A stretch of 63,709 nucleotides of DNA, filler included, from Lama guanicoe (lineage: Eukaryota), in NCBI GenBank assembly GCA_013239625.1. It is 177 parts of 177 records of this genome, joined end to end, with 100 filler letters (N's around TTAATTAATTAA, not from the genome) between each part and the next. Parts side by side here need not be neighbours in the genome. Positions count along the whole stretch, not along the records: positions 35,656 to 35,916 come from PNXV01050070.1; positions 36,017 to 36,277 come from PNXV01050071.1; positions 36,378 to 36,638 come from PNXV01050072.1; positions 36,739 to 36,998 come from PNXV01050073.1; positions 37,099 to 37,359 come from PNXV01050074.1; positions 37,460 to 37,720 come from PNXV01050075.1; positions 37,821 to 38,081 come from PNXV01050076.1; positions 38,182 to 38,442 come from PNXV01050077.1; 169 more parts are not named here. One strand, 5' to 3'. Positions 35,556 through 47,466 of the stretch are shown in pieces. The notes under the pieces are model-generated. The model worked only from the letters and a program-made list of their open reading frames with translations, had not been told where the DNA came from and made no database searches. A program made the translations under genes and the position numbers. Numbering within the stretch: the stretch's first letter is position 1; the number at the start of each line of letters is the position of its first letter.

Positions 35556-38500
35556 NNNNNNNNNNNNNNNNNNNNNNNNNNNNNNNNNNNNNNNNNNNNT
35601 TAATTAATTAANNNNNNNNNNNNNNNNNNNNNNNNNNNNNNNNNNNNNNNNNNNNAGCTGGAATAGAATCAATTAAAATTCGTAATAAAATAGGGCATCT
35701 GAATGAAACCCAGGACTTCCAATTCAGGCCTGCAACCATCAAGCCGAAAACTGAGACATAGGCTTTCTCCTGGCCGATCAGCGACATCACAAACCCCTCA
35801 CATGGACTACTCACTCACAGGGACAGACGATCTCGCGGTTGCAAGACGTGCGATGTGAAGCACCTTGCGGTGGACGGTTCATGGGGGCGCAGCCTCTGCC
35901 CTTTACCCCCCCCCCCNNNNNNNNNNNNNNNNNNNNNNNNNNNNNNNNNNNNNNNNNNNNTTAATTAATTAANNNNNNNNNNNNNNNNNNNNNNNNNNNN
36001 NNNNNNNNNNNNNNNNGAAATGCTTAGATGCCTCAACTGGCATAAACACTATAAAGAACTTATTAAAAGCCCTAGACAATGTAAGGGTCTTCAGAAATCC
36101 AAAAACGGCCATTTGGGAAAGAGCAAATCTAATCTAATGGAAGTGTCACCAATAGGGAAGCAATTTAGGTACTCCCCCAAGTTATGAACAATAAACTTGT
36201 AAAGGTCTCCATAAAGCCAGTTAGCTTTATATGCTCCCTTCCTCCCCACAAATGAATGATGCCTTTAAATAACTGCTNNNNNNNNNNNNNNNNNNNNNNN
36301 NNNNNNNNNNNNNNNNNNNNNTTAATTAATTAANNNNNNNNNNNNNNNNNNNNNNNNNNNNNNNNNNNNNNNNNNNNCTTGTTGAGTCTAAATGTGGCTA
36401 AACATACTCCGAGTGGCCCTGTGATTCGGCCCAGGTGCCTCACAGCTTCTGCCCCGTGGACCTTCCCTGGTACCACTCCTCTGGGCTCGAGCGCTGTTGC
36501 ACGCCAGCCCCTGGGAAGGCGCAAACCCTCGCACTCAGGACCTGGAGTACTGGCCGTTTGTTAGTCTCCAGCCTGCCTTAAGGGGACAGAACCAACCACG
36601 TGCCTGGGGGATGAAGGGGTGCCAGGAAGCAGGCTGCANNNNNNNNNNNNNNNNNNNNNNNNNNNNNNNNNNNNNNNNNNNNTTAATTAATTAANNNNNN
36701 NNNNNNNNNNNNNNNNNNNNNNNNNNNNNNNNNNNNNNAATTCACTTTCTATAAAAATCTCTAGGTCCATCTATGTTGCTACAAATGGCTATATTTCATC
36801 ATTTTTATGGCTGACTAATATTCCATTGTGTATATATGCCACATTTCCTTCTTAAATTTTTACTTATTTTTTATTTTATTTTATTTTTTACTGAAGTATA
36901 GTCCAGTTACAATGTTGTGTTAATTTCTGGTGTAAAGCAACGTGATCAGTCATATATATATATTCCTTTTCATATTCTTTTTCATTATAGGCTATTACNN
37001 NNNNNNNNNNNNNNNNNNNNNNNNNNNNNNNNNNNNNNNNNNTTAATTAATTAANNNNNNNNNNNNNNNNNNNNNNNNNNNNNNNNNNNNNNNNNNNNTA
37101 CGTTAACCATCTTGATTTGTGAAGTGGTTTCTCAGATGTAGATTTATGTCAAAATTCATCATTTTTTAAACTAAAAAACAGGTGCAGTTTATTGCATGCC
37201 AGTCATAGTTTATTAAACCAGTTAAATTTTTTTCAGAAATAAATAAATACACATTCATAAAAAGAATTCAGAGAAACTTAACAAAAACTCTGTCCTGGAT
37301 GCCTACAATAGAAACCAAAGTTCTCGCTTCTTCTGATGTTTAGTTTGCATGTTAAGTAANNNNNNNNNNNNNNNNNNNNNNNNNNNNNNNNNNNNNNNNN
37401 NNNTTAATTAATTAANNNNNNNNNNNNNNNNNNNNNNNNNNNNNNNNNNNNNNNNNNNNAGGGCCCTACTCCTTCACTGAGCTGTCAGAGAGCCACAGAG
37501 TTCATAAATGTCCTGGTTAACACACGTATGTGTCAGCCTATCCTTCCGCCACCGCCAACCCTGCCATTTCCTGCTGGCCACACTTGCTGCTCTTCCCACT
37601 CGAGATTATTCTCAGTCTGGGTGCATGCATCCACAGGGATGCTCAAATCCGCGGGCTCCAAGCGCCCACTGCTTGATATCAGGGCCTCAGGCCTTCCCAC
37701 ATCTCCCCAGGTTATATCTGNNNNNNNNNNNNNNNNNNNNNNNNNNNNNNNNNNNNNNNNNNNNTTAATTAATTAANNNNNNNNNNNNNNNNNNNNNNNN
37801 NNNNNNNNNNNNNNNNNNNNTCTCTCAAACATGGTGATCCCAAGGAGGCAGAATTAAGTTTCCCACCCATAACCTTTCCTACAGTGACAAAAACCAACAA
37901 GATGTATTGCACAGCACCTCTTCCTCAAGAGACAGTCTGTCGGTAATATTTCCAACTACGCGGATAATTGCCCAAAGTCAACTGAGGCAGAGATGAAGTG
38001 ACCTGCATCACTGCAGGAATGTGAGAAAGCCTATCAGAGCTCATAGTTACATTTGCTTCCCAACAACACAAACACTCCATTNNNNNNNNNNNNNNNNNNN
38101 NNNNNNNNNNNNNNNNNNNNNNNNNTTAATTAATTAANNNNNNNNNNNNNNNNNNNNNNNNNNNNNNNNNNNNNNNNNNNNAGGAGTGGCCCCAAGAGTT
38201 TACTTTTCAAAAGGCTCCAAGATGTTTCAGGTGAAACTTCCCTGAGAATCCACTTCAGAAGCTGTTGGTCCAGACCGGCCAGCAGCCTGGGCCTCTGCTC
38301 TGGCTCCCAGTGAGAGGAAGGCTCCTGCATGCTTCATCTTCTTCATGGCAGGTAATGGGCATTAAGGAGCCACAGCTCTCTTCATTTACCTGTGGTATCC
38401 TGCTGATACTTAGCAATAGCTGTTTTTAGATGTTGTTGTCTCNNNNNNNNNNNNNNNNNNNNNNNNNNNNNNNNNNNNNNNNNNNNTTAATTAATTAANN

Positions 38501-38571
38501 NNNNNNNNNNNNNNNNNNNNNNNNNNNNNNNNNNNNNNNNNNCGGAGGGGCCGCCGGCCGCGGCTCGTTAC

Positions 38572-38604
38572 CTGCAAGTTAAACACCTGGACCGGCAGCG
38601 GCAT
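38572..38604 (-). CDS. GPS1: First coding exon of COP9 signalosome subunit 1
   Basis: aagATG CCG CTG CCG GTC CAG GTG TTT AAC TTG CAG|GTAACG encodes MPLPVQVFNLQ, the GPS1/CSN1 N-terminus, with a canonical donor. Confidence 0.93.
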
Positions 38605-38744
38605 CTTCGCCCACCCCGCCGCAGCGCGCCGTCCACTTCCGGGGCAGCGCGACCGCCGCTTCCGGGTCGTGGCGCGGGCGGGGGCGGCCCTTAAAGGGGC
38701 CGCGGCGCGCCTGGTCGGGCGGTGCCCGCGGGTCCCGCGGCCGC
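38605..38744. promoter_or_regulatory. CpG-island bidirectional promoter/5'UTRs between GPS1 and RFNG
   Basis: 140 bp separate the divergent ATGs. It holds two CTTCCGG (ETS/GABP-type) motifs at ~38636 and ~38659, GC boxes at ~38676-38688 and TTAAA at 38691. Confidence 0.85.
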
Positions 38745-38803
38745 ATGAGCCGCGCGCGGGGGGCTTTGTGCCGGGCCTGCCTGGCCCTGGCAGCGGCCCT
38801 GGC
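38745..38803 (+). CDS. RFNG: Start of radical fringe O-fucosylpeptide GlcNAc transferase
   Basis: ATG AGC CGC GCG CGG GGG GCT TTG TGC... encodes MSRARGALCRACLALAAAL, matching the recalled RFNG N-terminus. RFNG and GPS1 are neighbours in human. Confidence 0.93.
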
Positions 38804-38914
38804 NNNNNNNNNNNNNNNNNNNNNNNNNNNNNNNNNNNNNNNNNNNNTTAATTAATTAANNNNNNNNNNNNNNNNNNNNNNNNNNNNNNNNNNNNNNNNN
38901 NNNCGAAGAAAGGT

Positions 38915-39083
38915 TTGGGATTCAAGTGATCCCACCTCTACTTAGTAGTTCTGTGGCTCTGGGCAAATTACTCTTCCTCTCAGCCTCCATGTTCTCACGT
39001 GTGAAATGGAACAACCCACTACTATGTAGTTGTTTTTATGGATTAAGTGAGATACTGTACTTAAAACACCCCGCACACAGTGG
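38915..39083 (+). mobile_element. MIR SINE
   Basis: ctgtggctctgggcaaattact..ctcagcctccatgttctcacgtgtgaaatgg..ggattaagtgagata. Confidence 0.8.
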
Positions 39084-39414
39084 AAGGTCAGGACATGTGG
39101 GAATGTGGGGAGTATTTAGATGGATCCCCGCAGACAGAGCAGGGTCTGGGAGAAGATCATCTTCNNNNNNNNNNNNNNNNNNNNNNNNNNNNNNNNNNNN
39201 NNNNNNNNTTAATTAATTAANNNNNNNNNNNNNNNNNNNNNNNNNNNNNNNNNNNNNNNNNNNNACAGTGCTGTGCTAATTTCTGGTGCACAGCAGGTGA
39301 CTAACATGCGCACGTGCACATACCCTTTTCATATCATTTCTCACCACAGGCCGTTACCAGGCGCTGACCCTTGCACTACACAGCGAGACCGCGCCATTTG
39401 TCTGTGTCACGTAT

Positions 39415-39469
39415 GGACCTTGTGCATGCTGAGCATGCTCTCCATCGCTTGAGCTATACCCTCCCCCCC
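39415..39469 (-). mobile_element. vic-1-type camelid SINE, 5' half
   Basis: Minus strand GGGGGAGGGTATAGCTCAAGCGATGGAGAGCATGCTCAGCATGCACAAGGTCC. Confidence 0.8.
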
Positions 39470-39625
39470 AAGAGACACAGTGTTAACTGAAGTGATTCTC
39501 TTCTGGGAAGACTCTCTAAATAACTNNNNNNNNNNNNNNNNNNNNNNNNNNNNNNNNNNNNNNNNNNNNTTAATTAATTAANNNNNNNNNNNNNNNNNNN
39601 NNNNNNNNNNNNNNNNNNNNNNNNN

Positions 39626-39886
39626 GTCAAAAATAAGCTGTTAACATAGGAATTAACAGTGCCAATAAAGGGAACAGTTTCCAAAATTTGTAAGGCACGA
39701 ACAATATATTGGCTGTCAGAAAAGAGGTTACAGGGCACATGTTGAACTGCTAGTAACGCAGCTTGTACTGCTAACAATTCTACTACTTGAGCAGAAGTTT
39801 GAGAAGTTTGCCAAGATACAGTTTCATCCTTTATAATATAAGCAGCAATACCATTTGATGACCCATCGGTAAATACTGTAGTGGCT
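39626..39886 (-). mobile_element. pol: Endogenous betaretrovirus (ERV-K/class II) pol RNase H domain, open frame
   Basis: ATTVFTDGSSNGIAAYIIKDETVSWQTSQTSAQVVELLAVQAALLAVQHVPCNLFSDSQYIVRALQILETVPFIGTVNSYVNSLFL carries the FTDGS, SAQxxEL and SDSxY motifs. Confidence 0.93.
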
Positions 39887-41069
39887 NNNNNNNNNNNNNN
39901 NNNNNNNNNNNNNNNNNNNNNNNNNNNNNNTTAATTAATTAANNNNNNNNNNNNNNNNNNNNNNNNNNNNNNNNNNNNNNNNNNNNAAGGTCAGAGAACA
40001 CGGCAGATATGGTCTCTGCCCTCACAGAGATCTAACTGACGCTGCGTAAGAACTCGGCTGAGCATCACGAGCTCTCTGACATGGCAGCTCAGGACGGCTT
40101 CTCCCTGCGCACGGGCACAAAAGCACCTACGAGGCAGCATTTAACTCGCAGGCAGAGCTGTTTTCACCGGGGCCAGCACCTTGGGTCTCACCTCCACTGC
40201 ACTGACCAGATCCTCCAGCAGCTTCCTGGCGGGCAGCCTTTAGTCCTNNNNNNNNNNNNNNNNNNNNNNNNNNNNNNNNNNNNNNNNNNNNTTAATTAAT
40301 TAANNNNNNNNNNNNNNNNNNNNNNNNNNNNNNNNNNNNNNNNNNNNGCGGTCATTGTCTCTTCTCATTAAGAAAACCTTTTCTGGGCTTATGATAGTTT
40401 GCATTTTTATAGGTGATGGTATTTTATTATTTTAAACGTTATAATTTGTCTTTATACTGTACCTGTGTTTTCAAGTACTTTACAATAAATGAGATAATAA
40501 CCTCTCTGTGTACAATTTAGTTTTTCCAAGGGAACAGAACCAATGTGTGGAGAAACCAAAACAATAGAACATTCATATGTTTTCGACATACCTGGCCATG
40601 GAGGCTGANNNNNNNNNNNNNNNNNNNNNNNNNNNNNNNNNNNNNNNNNNNNTTAATTAATTAANNNNNNNNNNNNNNNNNNNNNNNNNNNNNNNNNNNN
40701 NNNNNNNNGAATAATGTTGCTATGAGCATCAATATACTAGTATCTGTCTGAGTTTCCATTTTCAGTTCTCTTTGGTAGGTACCTGGGAGTGGAACTGCCA
40801 GATCATACAGTAATTCTACTTACCTTGAACTTTGAAGGCTGAGAATGACTGGACAGGAGGAAGGGAATACACTGTGTGGGGTAATGCCAAGAGACGTCAT
40901 GCTTCTGTGAGGTGCCCACTCATCCCATGGTCTCTCACCCCCACCTTCTCTCGAGGACTATGCTGTGTGNNNNNNNNNNNNNNNNNNNNNNNNNNNNNNN
41001 NNNNNNNNNNNNNTTAATTAATTAANNNNNNNNNNNNNNNNNNNNNNNNNNNNNNNNNNNNNNNNNNNN

Positions 41070-41330
41070 AAGACCCAGAACATCCAACACAATATCACAG
41101 AAGAATGAAGTTGGAAGACTGACACTCTCTGACTTCAAGACTTACTATAAAGCTACAGTAATCAAGGCAGTGTGGTTTTGGCAAAGTAATAGACAAACAA
41201 ATCAATGGAGCACAACGGAAAGCCAAGAAACAGACCCACATAAATACAGTCAACTGCTCATCAGTGAAGAAGCAACGGCAGATGGTGCTGGAATAGCTGG
41301 ACATCCACACTTTGAAAAATGAATCTAGAC
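41070..41330 (+). mobile_element. L1 ORF2 fragment
   Basis: [22 protein letters not shown]. Confidence 0.9.
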
Positions 41331-42152
41331 NNNNNNNNNNNNNNNNNNNNNNNNNNNNNNNNNNNNNNNNNNNNTTAATTAATTAANNNNNNNNNNNNNN
41401 NNNNNNNNNNNNNNNNNNNNNNNNNNNNNNGGACGGAACCTAAGCAGGAGAGCAGCTGTCCAGGGATGGAGGGGTCCCCAGAGAGGGAGGTGAGGGTGGG
41501 GGGAGCTGCGTCCTCCCTGGTCAAGTCAGGGTCACGTGAAAAGTGAGCATCTCTTAGAAACGGCTAGAGCTTGCAAAACGGGGCACGAGCCCGAGGTCGG
41601 TTTGCTAGGGTTCCCGTAACGGAGTGCCCCAAACCAGGCGGCTCAGGCAACAGCCATGTCTCATCTCACCGTCTGGAGGCTGGAAGCCCAANNNNNNNNN
41701 NNNNNNNNNNNNNNNNNNNNNNNNNNNNNNNNNNNTTAATTAATTAANNNNNNNNNNNNNNNNNNNNNNNNNNNNNNNNNNNNNNNNNNNNCTCTGATAA
41801 AAATGAAGCTGCTTTGACCCTACCTTTCTGACCTCTTCCAAGTTTCTGGTTCCTCCTTCTTCCATCTCCACAAAAGACCAAAGCTGGCCATGAAAATCAT
41901 CATGTTATACTTTGGGGCCAACACATTCAGGAACCCAGGCTGGAGGAAGCATGTTTCCAGGTAACTCGCTGTAACAGAGGAAAGTATATACTAGTTTAGG
42001 AAAAGAGAATAATGACAGGTTTTGAGGTCTAGACAAATCTCAGTTCTGCTCTNNNNNNNNNNNNNNNNNNNNNNNNNNNNNNNNNNNNNNNNNNNNTTAA
42101 TTAATTAANNNNNNNNNNNNNNNNNNNNNNNNNNNNNNNNNNNNNNNNNNNN

Positions 42153-42283
42153 GCTGTGACCACACTTCTCTTGTGAACTTAAGAAGAGTTGTTGATTTGT
42201 CAGTTCAGCTTTTAACTACTTGCTGTTAGGACGGAATGGTGACTTCTAAGCTCCTCACATGCTGGCCTGGAAACTGGAAGTCC
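42153..42283 (-). mobile_element. Old L1M 5' end
   Basis: Minus strand gacttccagtttccaggccagcatgtgaggagcttagaagtcaccattccgtcctaacagcaagta..aaaagctgaac resembles L1MD-type 5' termini. Confidence 0.6.
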
Positions 42284-42513
42284 TGCTTGTGTGAGCTTTT
42301 TATTATGAAAGTAATACATGCTTAGTGTGAAAATAGCAAATAATATAGATACATGAAGCAGGAAGTGAAAGCTCCTTCTCAGCTCACTTTTGAGAGAGCC
42401 ATTTACAACAGGCNNNNNNNNNNNNNNNNNNNNNNNNNNNNNNNNNNNNNNNNNNNNTTAATTAATTAANNNNNNNNNNNNNNNNNNNNNNNNNNNNNNN
42501 NNNNNNNNNNNNN

Positions 42514-42773
42514 ACTGAAGCCGACTTTCAGGACCCAAGAGAGGCTGAGGATTCCGTGGATGAGCAGGACATTTGGGTTGAGGAGGAGGAGGGCGCATCC
42601 CCGCTGTCTCCCTCCTCCTCCTCCTCCTCCTCCTCCTCCTCCTCGTCTTCCTACTCAGCCTGGTTCCTGGGCACTGGCAAGGAGGCGGCTAATTCTGGGA
42701 CACCCAGTCCCACGCAGAGCCCTTAGGGTGTCTGCCCCTCCCCCACAGCCGTGGCAGCCCCTCCATGGAGCCA
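42514..42773 (+). pseudogene. MAGE-A-like N-terminal region with poly-Ser and a premature stop
   Basis: TEADFQDPREAEDSVDEQDIWVEEEEGASPLSP(S)13YSAWFLGTGKEAANSGTPSPTQSP*GVCPSPTAVAAPPWS, with TAG at 42724-42726. The architecture matches the MAGEA10-type N-terminus. Confidence 0.78.
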
Positions 42774-42873
42774 NNNNNNNNNNNNNNNNNNNNNNNNNNN
42801 NNNNNNNNNNNNNNNNNTTAATTAATTAANNNNNNNNNNNNNNNNNNNNNNNNNNNNNNNNNNNNNNNNNNNN

Positions 42874-43134
42874 CGCTGTACGACGCGGAGGCGCAGCGGG
42901 CCCACTACAAGACGGACTGGCACCGCTACAACCTGGGGCGCAAAGTGGCCGGCATGGCCCCGGTCAGCGCCGAGGGCTTCCAGGAGCGGGTGCGGGCGCA
43001 GCGGGCCCTGGCGGAGCCGGAGAGCAAGGGCGCGGCCACCTACTGTGCCGTCTGCAGTAAGAAGTTTGCCTCCTTCAAGGCCTACGAAAACCATCTCAAG
43101 TCCCGGCGGCATGTGGAGCTGGAGAAGAAGGCGG
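42874..43134 (+). CDS. ZNF622: ZNF622 (Rei1 family) N-terminal zinc fingers, gene or recent copy
   Basis: LYDAEAQRAHYKTDWHRYNLGRKVAGMAPVSAEGFQERVRAQRALAEPESKGAATYCAVCSKKFASFKAYENHLKSRRHVELEKKA is open throughout and CpG-rich. Confidence 0.9.
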
Positions 43135-44317
43135 NNNNNNNNNNNNNNNNNNNNNNNNNNNNNNNNNNNNNNNNNNNNTTAATTAATTAANNNNNNNNNN
43201 NNNNNNNNNNNNNNNNNNNNNNNNNNNNNNNNNNGAGCAGGACCAGCCAGTCACAGCTTGGTCCACAGTCACCTAGTGCCCTCAAGTCTTTCATCCCATG
43301 GACGCGTTACCTCCCCCTGGATGGGGACATGGGCACAAGTGGTGGGGCAGCTTCTCAGTGGTGGAGACATTGGAGACCCAATACTCAACAGCATGGACCC
43401 CTGGCATTGGCCACATACCTGGCTAGATGAGGCTGTTGGGTAGCCAAGCTCATGAGATGTGGGTGCCATGCTTCCATTCTCACCAAGAGCTCTACNNNNN
43501 NNNNNNNNNNNNNNNNNNNNNNNNNNNNNNNNNNNNNNNTTAATTAATTAANNNNNNNNNNNNNNNNNNNNNNNNNNNNNNNNNNNNNNNNNNNNAGAAC
43601 ACACGCACGTTTCTTTTGATGACATGTCTGCTCAGGATAAATGGGTATAGCCTGTGGGTGGGCCCTGCTGAGAGTCTGGTCAGTATCTGATCTTGGAAGA
43701 GCCAAGAGAAGGAAGAAAAGGCCAGTGTTCAGATCAGTCTGCTATTGACACATTTGACCCAGGAAAACAAATGGGGGACAAGAGGATGGCCACCTCGCAG
43801 GTCTCGGTCGAGTGCCTGGCACACACCCTGCCAAGTGAGGGTCCTTGGCTTCGTGCNNNNNNNNNNNNNNNNNNNNNNNNNNNNNNNNNNNNNNNNNNNN
43901 TTAATTAATTAANNNNNNNNNNNNNNNNNNNNNNNNNNNNNNNNNNNNNNNNNNNNTATATATAGTAGTTTGTATCTGCTAATCCCAAGCTCCTAATTTA
44001 TCCCTTCAGCCCTCTTTCTCCTTTTCACATTTCACTAAGCATAATATTCTCCAGGTCCAACCATGTTGCTGCAAATGGAACTATTTCATTCTTTATCTCT
44101 AGCTGAGTAATATAATGGAATATTATATATATGTATATATATATATGTATGTATTTTATATATCTATATATCACATCTTCTTAAGCCAATTGTCTGTTAA
44201 TGGGCATTTGAGTTGTTNNNNNNNNNNNNNNNNNNNNNNNNNNNNNNNNNNNNNNNNNNNNTTAATTAATTAANNNNNNNNNNNNNNNNNNNNNNNNNNN
44301 NNNNNNNNNNNNNNNNN

Positions 44318-44570
44318 AGTCCTCTTCTGGGTTGCAGAAGAACTTACAGGGGCTAATACTGTATCCTCACACGGCAAAAAGAAACCTAGCTAGCTCTCTG
44401 GTCTCTTCCTATAAGGGCACTACTCCCTGTCATGAGGGCTCCACCTTCACGACCTAATCATCTCCCAGAGACACCCCTCCCCCTCCACTTCAAACACCAT
44501 CACATGGGGACGGGTCAAGATTTCAACATAGCAATCTGGGGTGAGGACACAAACATTCAGTCCATTGCAG
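44318..44570 (-). mobile_element. MaLR LTR (MLT1A-like)
   Basis: tcttcctataagggcactactccc..catgagggctccaccttcacgacctaatcatctccc..ggacacaaacattcagtccattgca. Confidence 0.85.
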
Positions 44571-46519
44571 AACCTAACNNNNNNNNNNNNNNNNNNNNNN
44601 NNNNNNNNNNNNNNNNNNNNNNTTAATTAATTAANNNNNNNNNNNNNNNNNNNNNNNNNNNNNNNNNNNNNNNNNNNNTGGCCACCAAGTGTGACTGGAG
44701 ACCGTTTCAGACATGACACTGCGGAGATACACAAAATTTTACCTTTCTTCCCTAAAACAGCATGGGAGAAATGAACACATCAAGTATAACCTGATGAAAT
44801 GCATTGAGATGACATATAAAATTGTGGGACACCTGAAGGGGAAGCTGCCTGCCTTCTGGAACCCTCCTCAGCGACCCCACCTGGACCTCAACATTGGCCA
44901 TCTCCAAAGAGGCCAGAATCCCATATCAAACCCAGTGCTNNNNNNNNNNNNNNNNNNNNNNNNNNNNNNNNNNNNNNNNNNNNTTAATTAATTAANNNNN
45001 NNNNNNNNNNNNNNNNNNNNNNNNNNNNNNNNNNNNNNNTGAATTATTTCCAACATCCACACAAAACTAGGACGTACTCTCATGAACTGCCGTATACCTA
45101 ACAGGCAGCTTCAGCCGTTACCTCATAGCCCTTCTTGTTTCGCCTGAATCTCTGCCCATGTTCCCCCTTTCTGTGTTATTCTGCAGCAGATCCCAGACAC
45201 CAGATCATTTCATCTGTAAGGATGTGTGTGTGTCCCTAAAGATAAGGACTTTTTAAAAAGGAACCACAATACCATCACTGAACTTAACAAACATTCATTT
45301 NNNNNNNNNNNNNNNNNNNNNNNNNNNNNNNNNNNNNNNNNNNNTTAATTAATTAANNNNNNNNNNNNNNNNNNNNNNNNNNNNNNNNNNNNNNNNNNNN
45401 TTAAATTCTCATTGTCTATCCCTGGACACAAGCACAGCCTTTCCGAGGTATCTGGGACTCTCAAAAGCCCCCCAGCCCTGGGAGACTGGCCCCCACAGTG
45501 GAAGGATCTTCCAGCTCTCAGGAGGTGGGTGAGGGCTGGGCCCCGCTGCCCCATGGACACACATCCTTGGTGTCTCCTTCCTTGTGACACCTGGGCCTCG
45601 GTCTCAAGTCTACACTTTGTAATGACTCCCCTGAGTGAGGAACGTAGCACTGGGCATCTAGNNNNNNNNNNNNNNNNNNNNNNNNNNNNNNNNNNNNNNN
45701 NNNNNTTAATTAATTAANNNNNNNNNNNNNNNNNNNNNNNNNNNNNNNNNNNNNNNNNNNNGAAGTTTAGGGCTGGATGTACTTCACTGGAATTCAGTCC
45801 AGATTGGCTTGTTTTCCAACCCAGGGGAACATTCGCTGTGGACTGAGACCAGGCAGGTTGTGCAGAGACCGTCCTCAATGACAGGGGCTGAGTTATGAAA
45901 ATCCCTGGGAAGGTGGAAACTCTCAGGGGAGGTCAGGAGGCGTCCCCTGAACTGTGGGTCAGGCAACATGATGGGGGGGAATGGGCTGTGAGCAGGCTTT
46001 CTGTGTCACTTCTACTCTGGGGNNNNNNNNNNNNNNNNNNNNNNNNNNNNNNNNNNNNNNNNNNNNTTAATTAATTAANNNNNNNNNNNNNNNNNNNNNN
46101 NNNNNNNNNNNNNNNNNNNNNNGTAACGCTGTAGTATTTACTATTGAGAAATATCCACCTGCAAGTGGACCCACACAGTTCACACCTGCAAGGCTCAAGG
46201 GTCCAGCCTGCTCACAGAGTTGTGCAGTCGTCCCCACTAACAGAACACCTCCATTGCTCCGAAAGGAAACCCCGCACCCAGGAGCAGGGCTGCTCACCAC
46301 CCCTTCCCCCACCCAGACCCTGACGACCGCTGATCCGTGTTCTGTCTCTAGGAATTTGTCCTGGACACTTCGCATGAAAGGAANNNNNNNNNNNNNNNNN
46401 NNNNNNNNNNNNNNNNNNNNNNNNNNNTTAATTAATTAANNNNNNNNNNNNNNNNNNNNNNNNNNNNNNNNNNNNNNNNNNNNACTCATCTTCAACAGGA
46501 GATGGTCCAATGGTCCAGA

Positions 46520-46702
46520 CCAGGGTCAGCAAGCTTTCCTGTGAAGGGCCAGGTGGTGGACATTCGAGGCTGTGGGACAGTCTCAGTCACACACTCGGCT
46601 GTGTGCTGTGGCACTGCCGCACGTCAGCGAGGGGCGGGGACTGGGCCCTAGCCCACCTTCACACACACACTGGGCACAGGCCAGATTGGGGTCAAAGTTT
46701 GC
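46520..46702. mobile_element. MER58-like hAT-Charlie element
   Basis: cagggtcagcaagctttcctgtgaagggccag at one end and ggccagattggggtcaaagtttgcc at the other. Confidence 0.6.
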
Positions 46703-47205
46703 CCTCATCCAGGGGATCATTACCAAGGCCCCATGTTTTACTTTNNNNNNNNNNNNNNNNNNNNNNNNNNNNNNNNNNNNNNNNNNNNTTAATTAATTAA
46801 NNNNNNNNNNNNNNNNNNNNNNNNNNNNNNNNNNNNNNNNNNNNAACAACAAACTGAAAACAAAAGAAACAAAAATGAAAGCTGTGGGAATGTCGGAGCA
46901 GCACCACCACTGCAGGTTTTCCCGCGGAAGCCGGGGCCACGGGTCTCGCGTGTGCACAGACTCATTCCGGGGCCCTCGGCCCAGCGGAGAGGCCTTGCTG
47001 TCCTCACCCACAGCCGCCTCTGTGCTACCGTGACCTTCCCCTGGGAGCCGCGTGCGTGTCTGCCGCCCAGCTGGGGTTGTGCTTGGACGGCCCTGGCGTG
47101 GACAGNNNNNNNNNNNNNNNNNNNNNNNNNNNNNNNNNNNNNNNNNNNNTTAATTAATTAANNNNNNNNNNNNNNNNNNNNNNNNNNNNNNNNNNNNNNN
47201 NNNNN

Positions 47206-47466
47206 TCATGTGAAGATCCTTCCAGATGGGGGTGGATAGCATGTGCAAAGGTCCCGGGGTTGGAGTCAGCTTCACCTGATGGAGATACAGGAAGAAAGTC
47301 AAGGTGGCTGAAGCAGAGACATCAGGAGGAGTGACGGCAGTGAAGTGGTGAGCTCAGCTCTTGTTGGGGTACTTGGGGGCTTGCAGGCTCTGAGAAGGGG
47401 TGTGGATTTTACTACTACAAGGAGCCATTGAAGGGTTTCAATAGGCAAGGGAGGTGACTGAATTAA
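47206..47466 (-). mobile_element. L2 fragment
   Basis: atagcatgtgcaaaggtcc..ggatttt..ggagccattgaagggtttca. Confidence 0.7.

Noticed and set aside
42560..42829. Poly-proline protein in the ORF track
   Set aside because: It is an alternative frame of the (TCC)n poly-Ser tract of the MAGE-like sequence.
42514..43134. Gene cluster of neighbouring coding contigs (MAGE-like next to ZNF622; GPS1/RFNG near ERV pol)
   Set aside because: Order appears to reflect contig sorting. Only GPS1/RFNG lie within one contig.
44713..44939. Possible exon after the acceptor at 44760
   Set aside because: The open frame has no recognisable homology, and the alternative OR-like start MGEMNTSSIT stops immediately.
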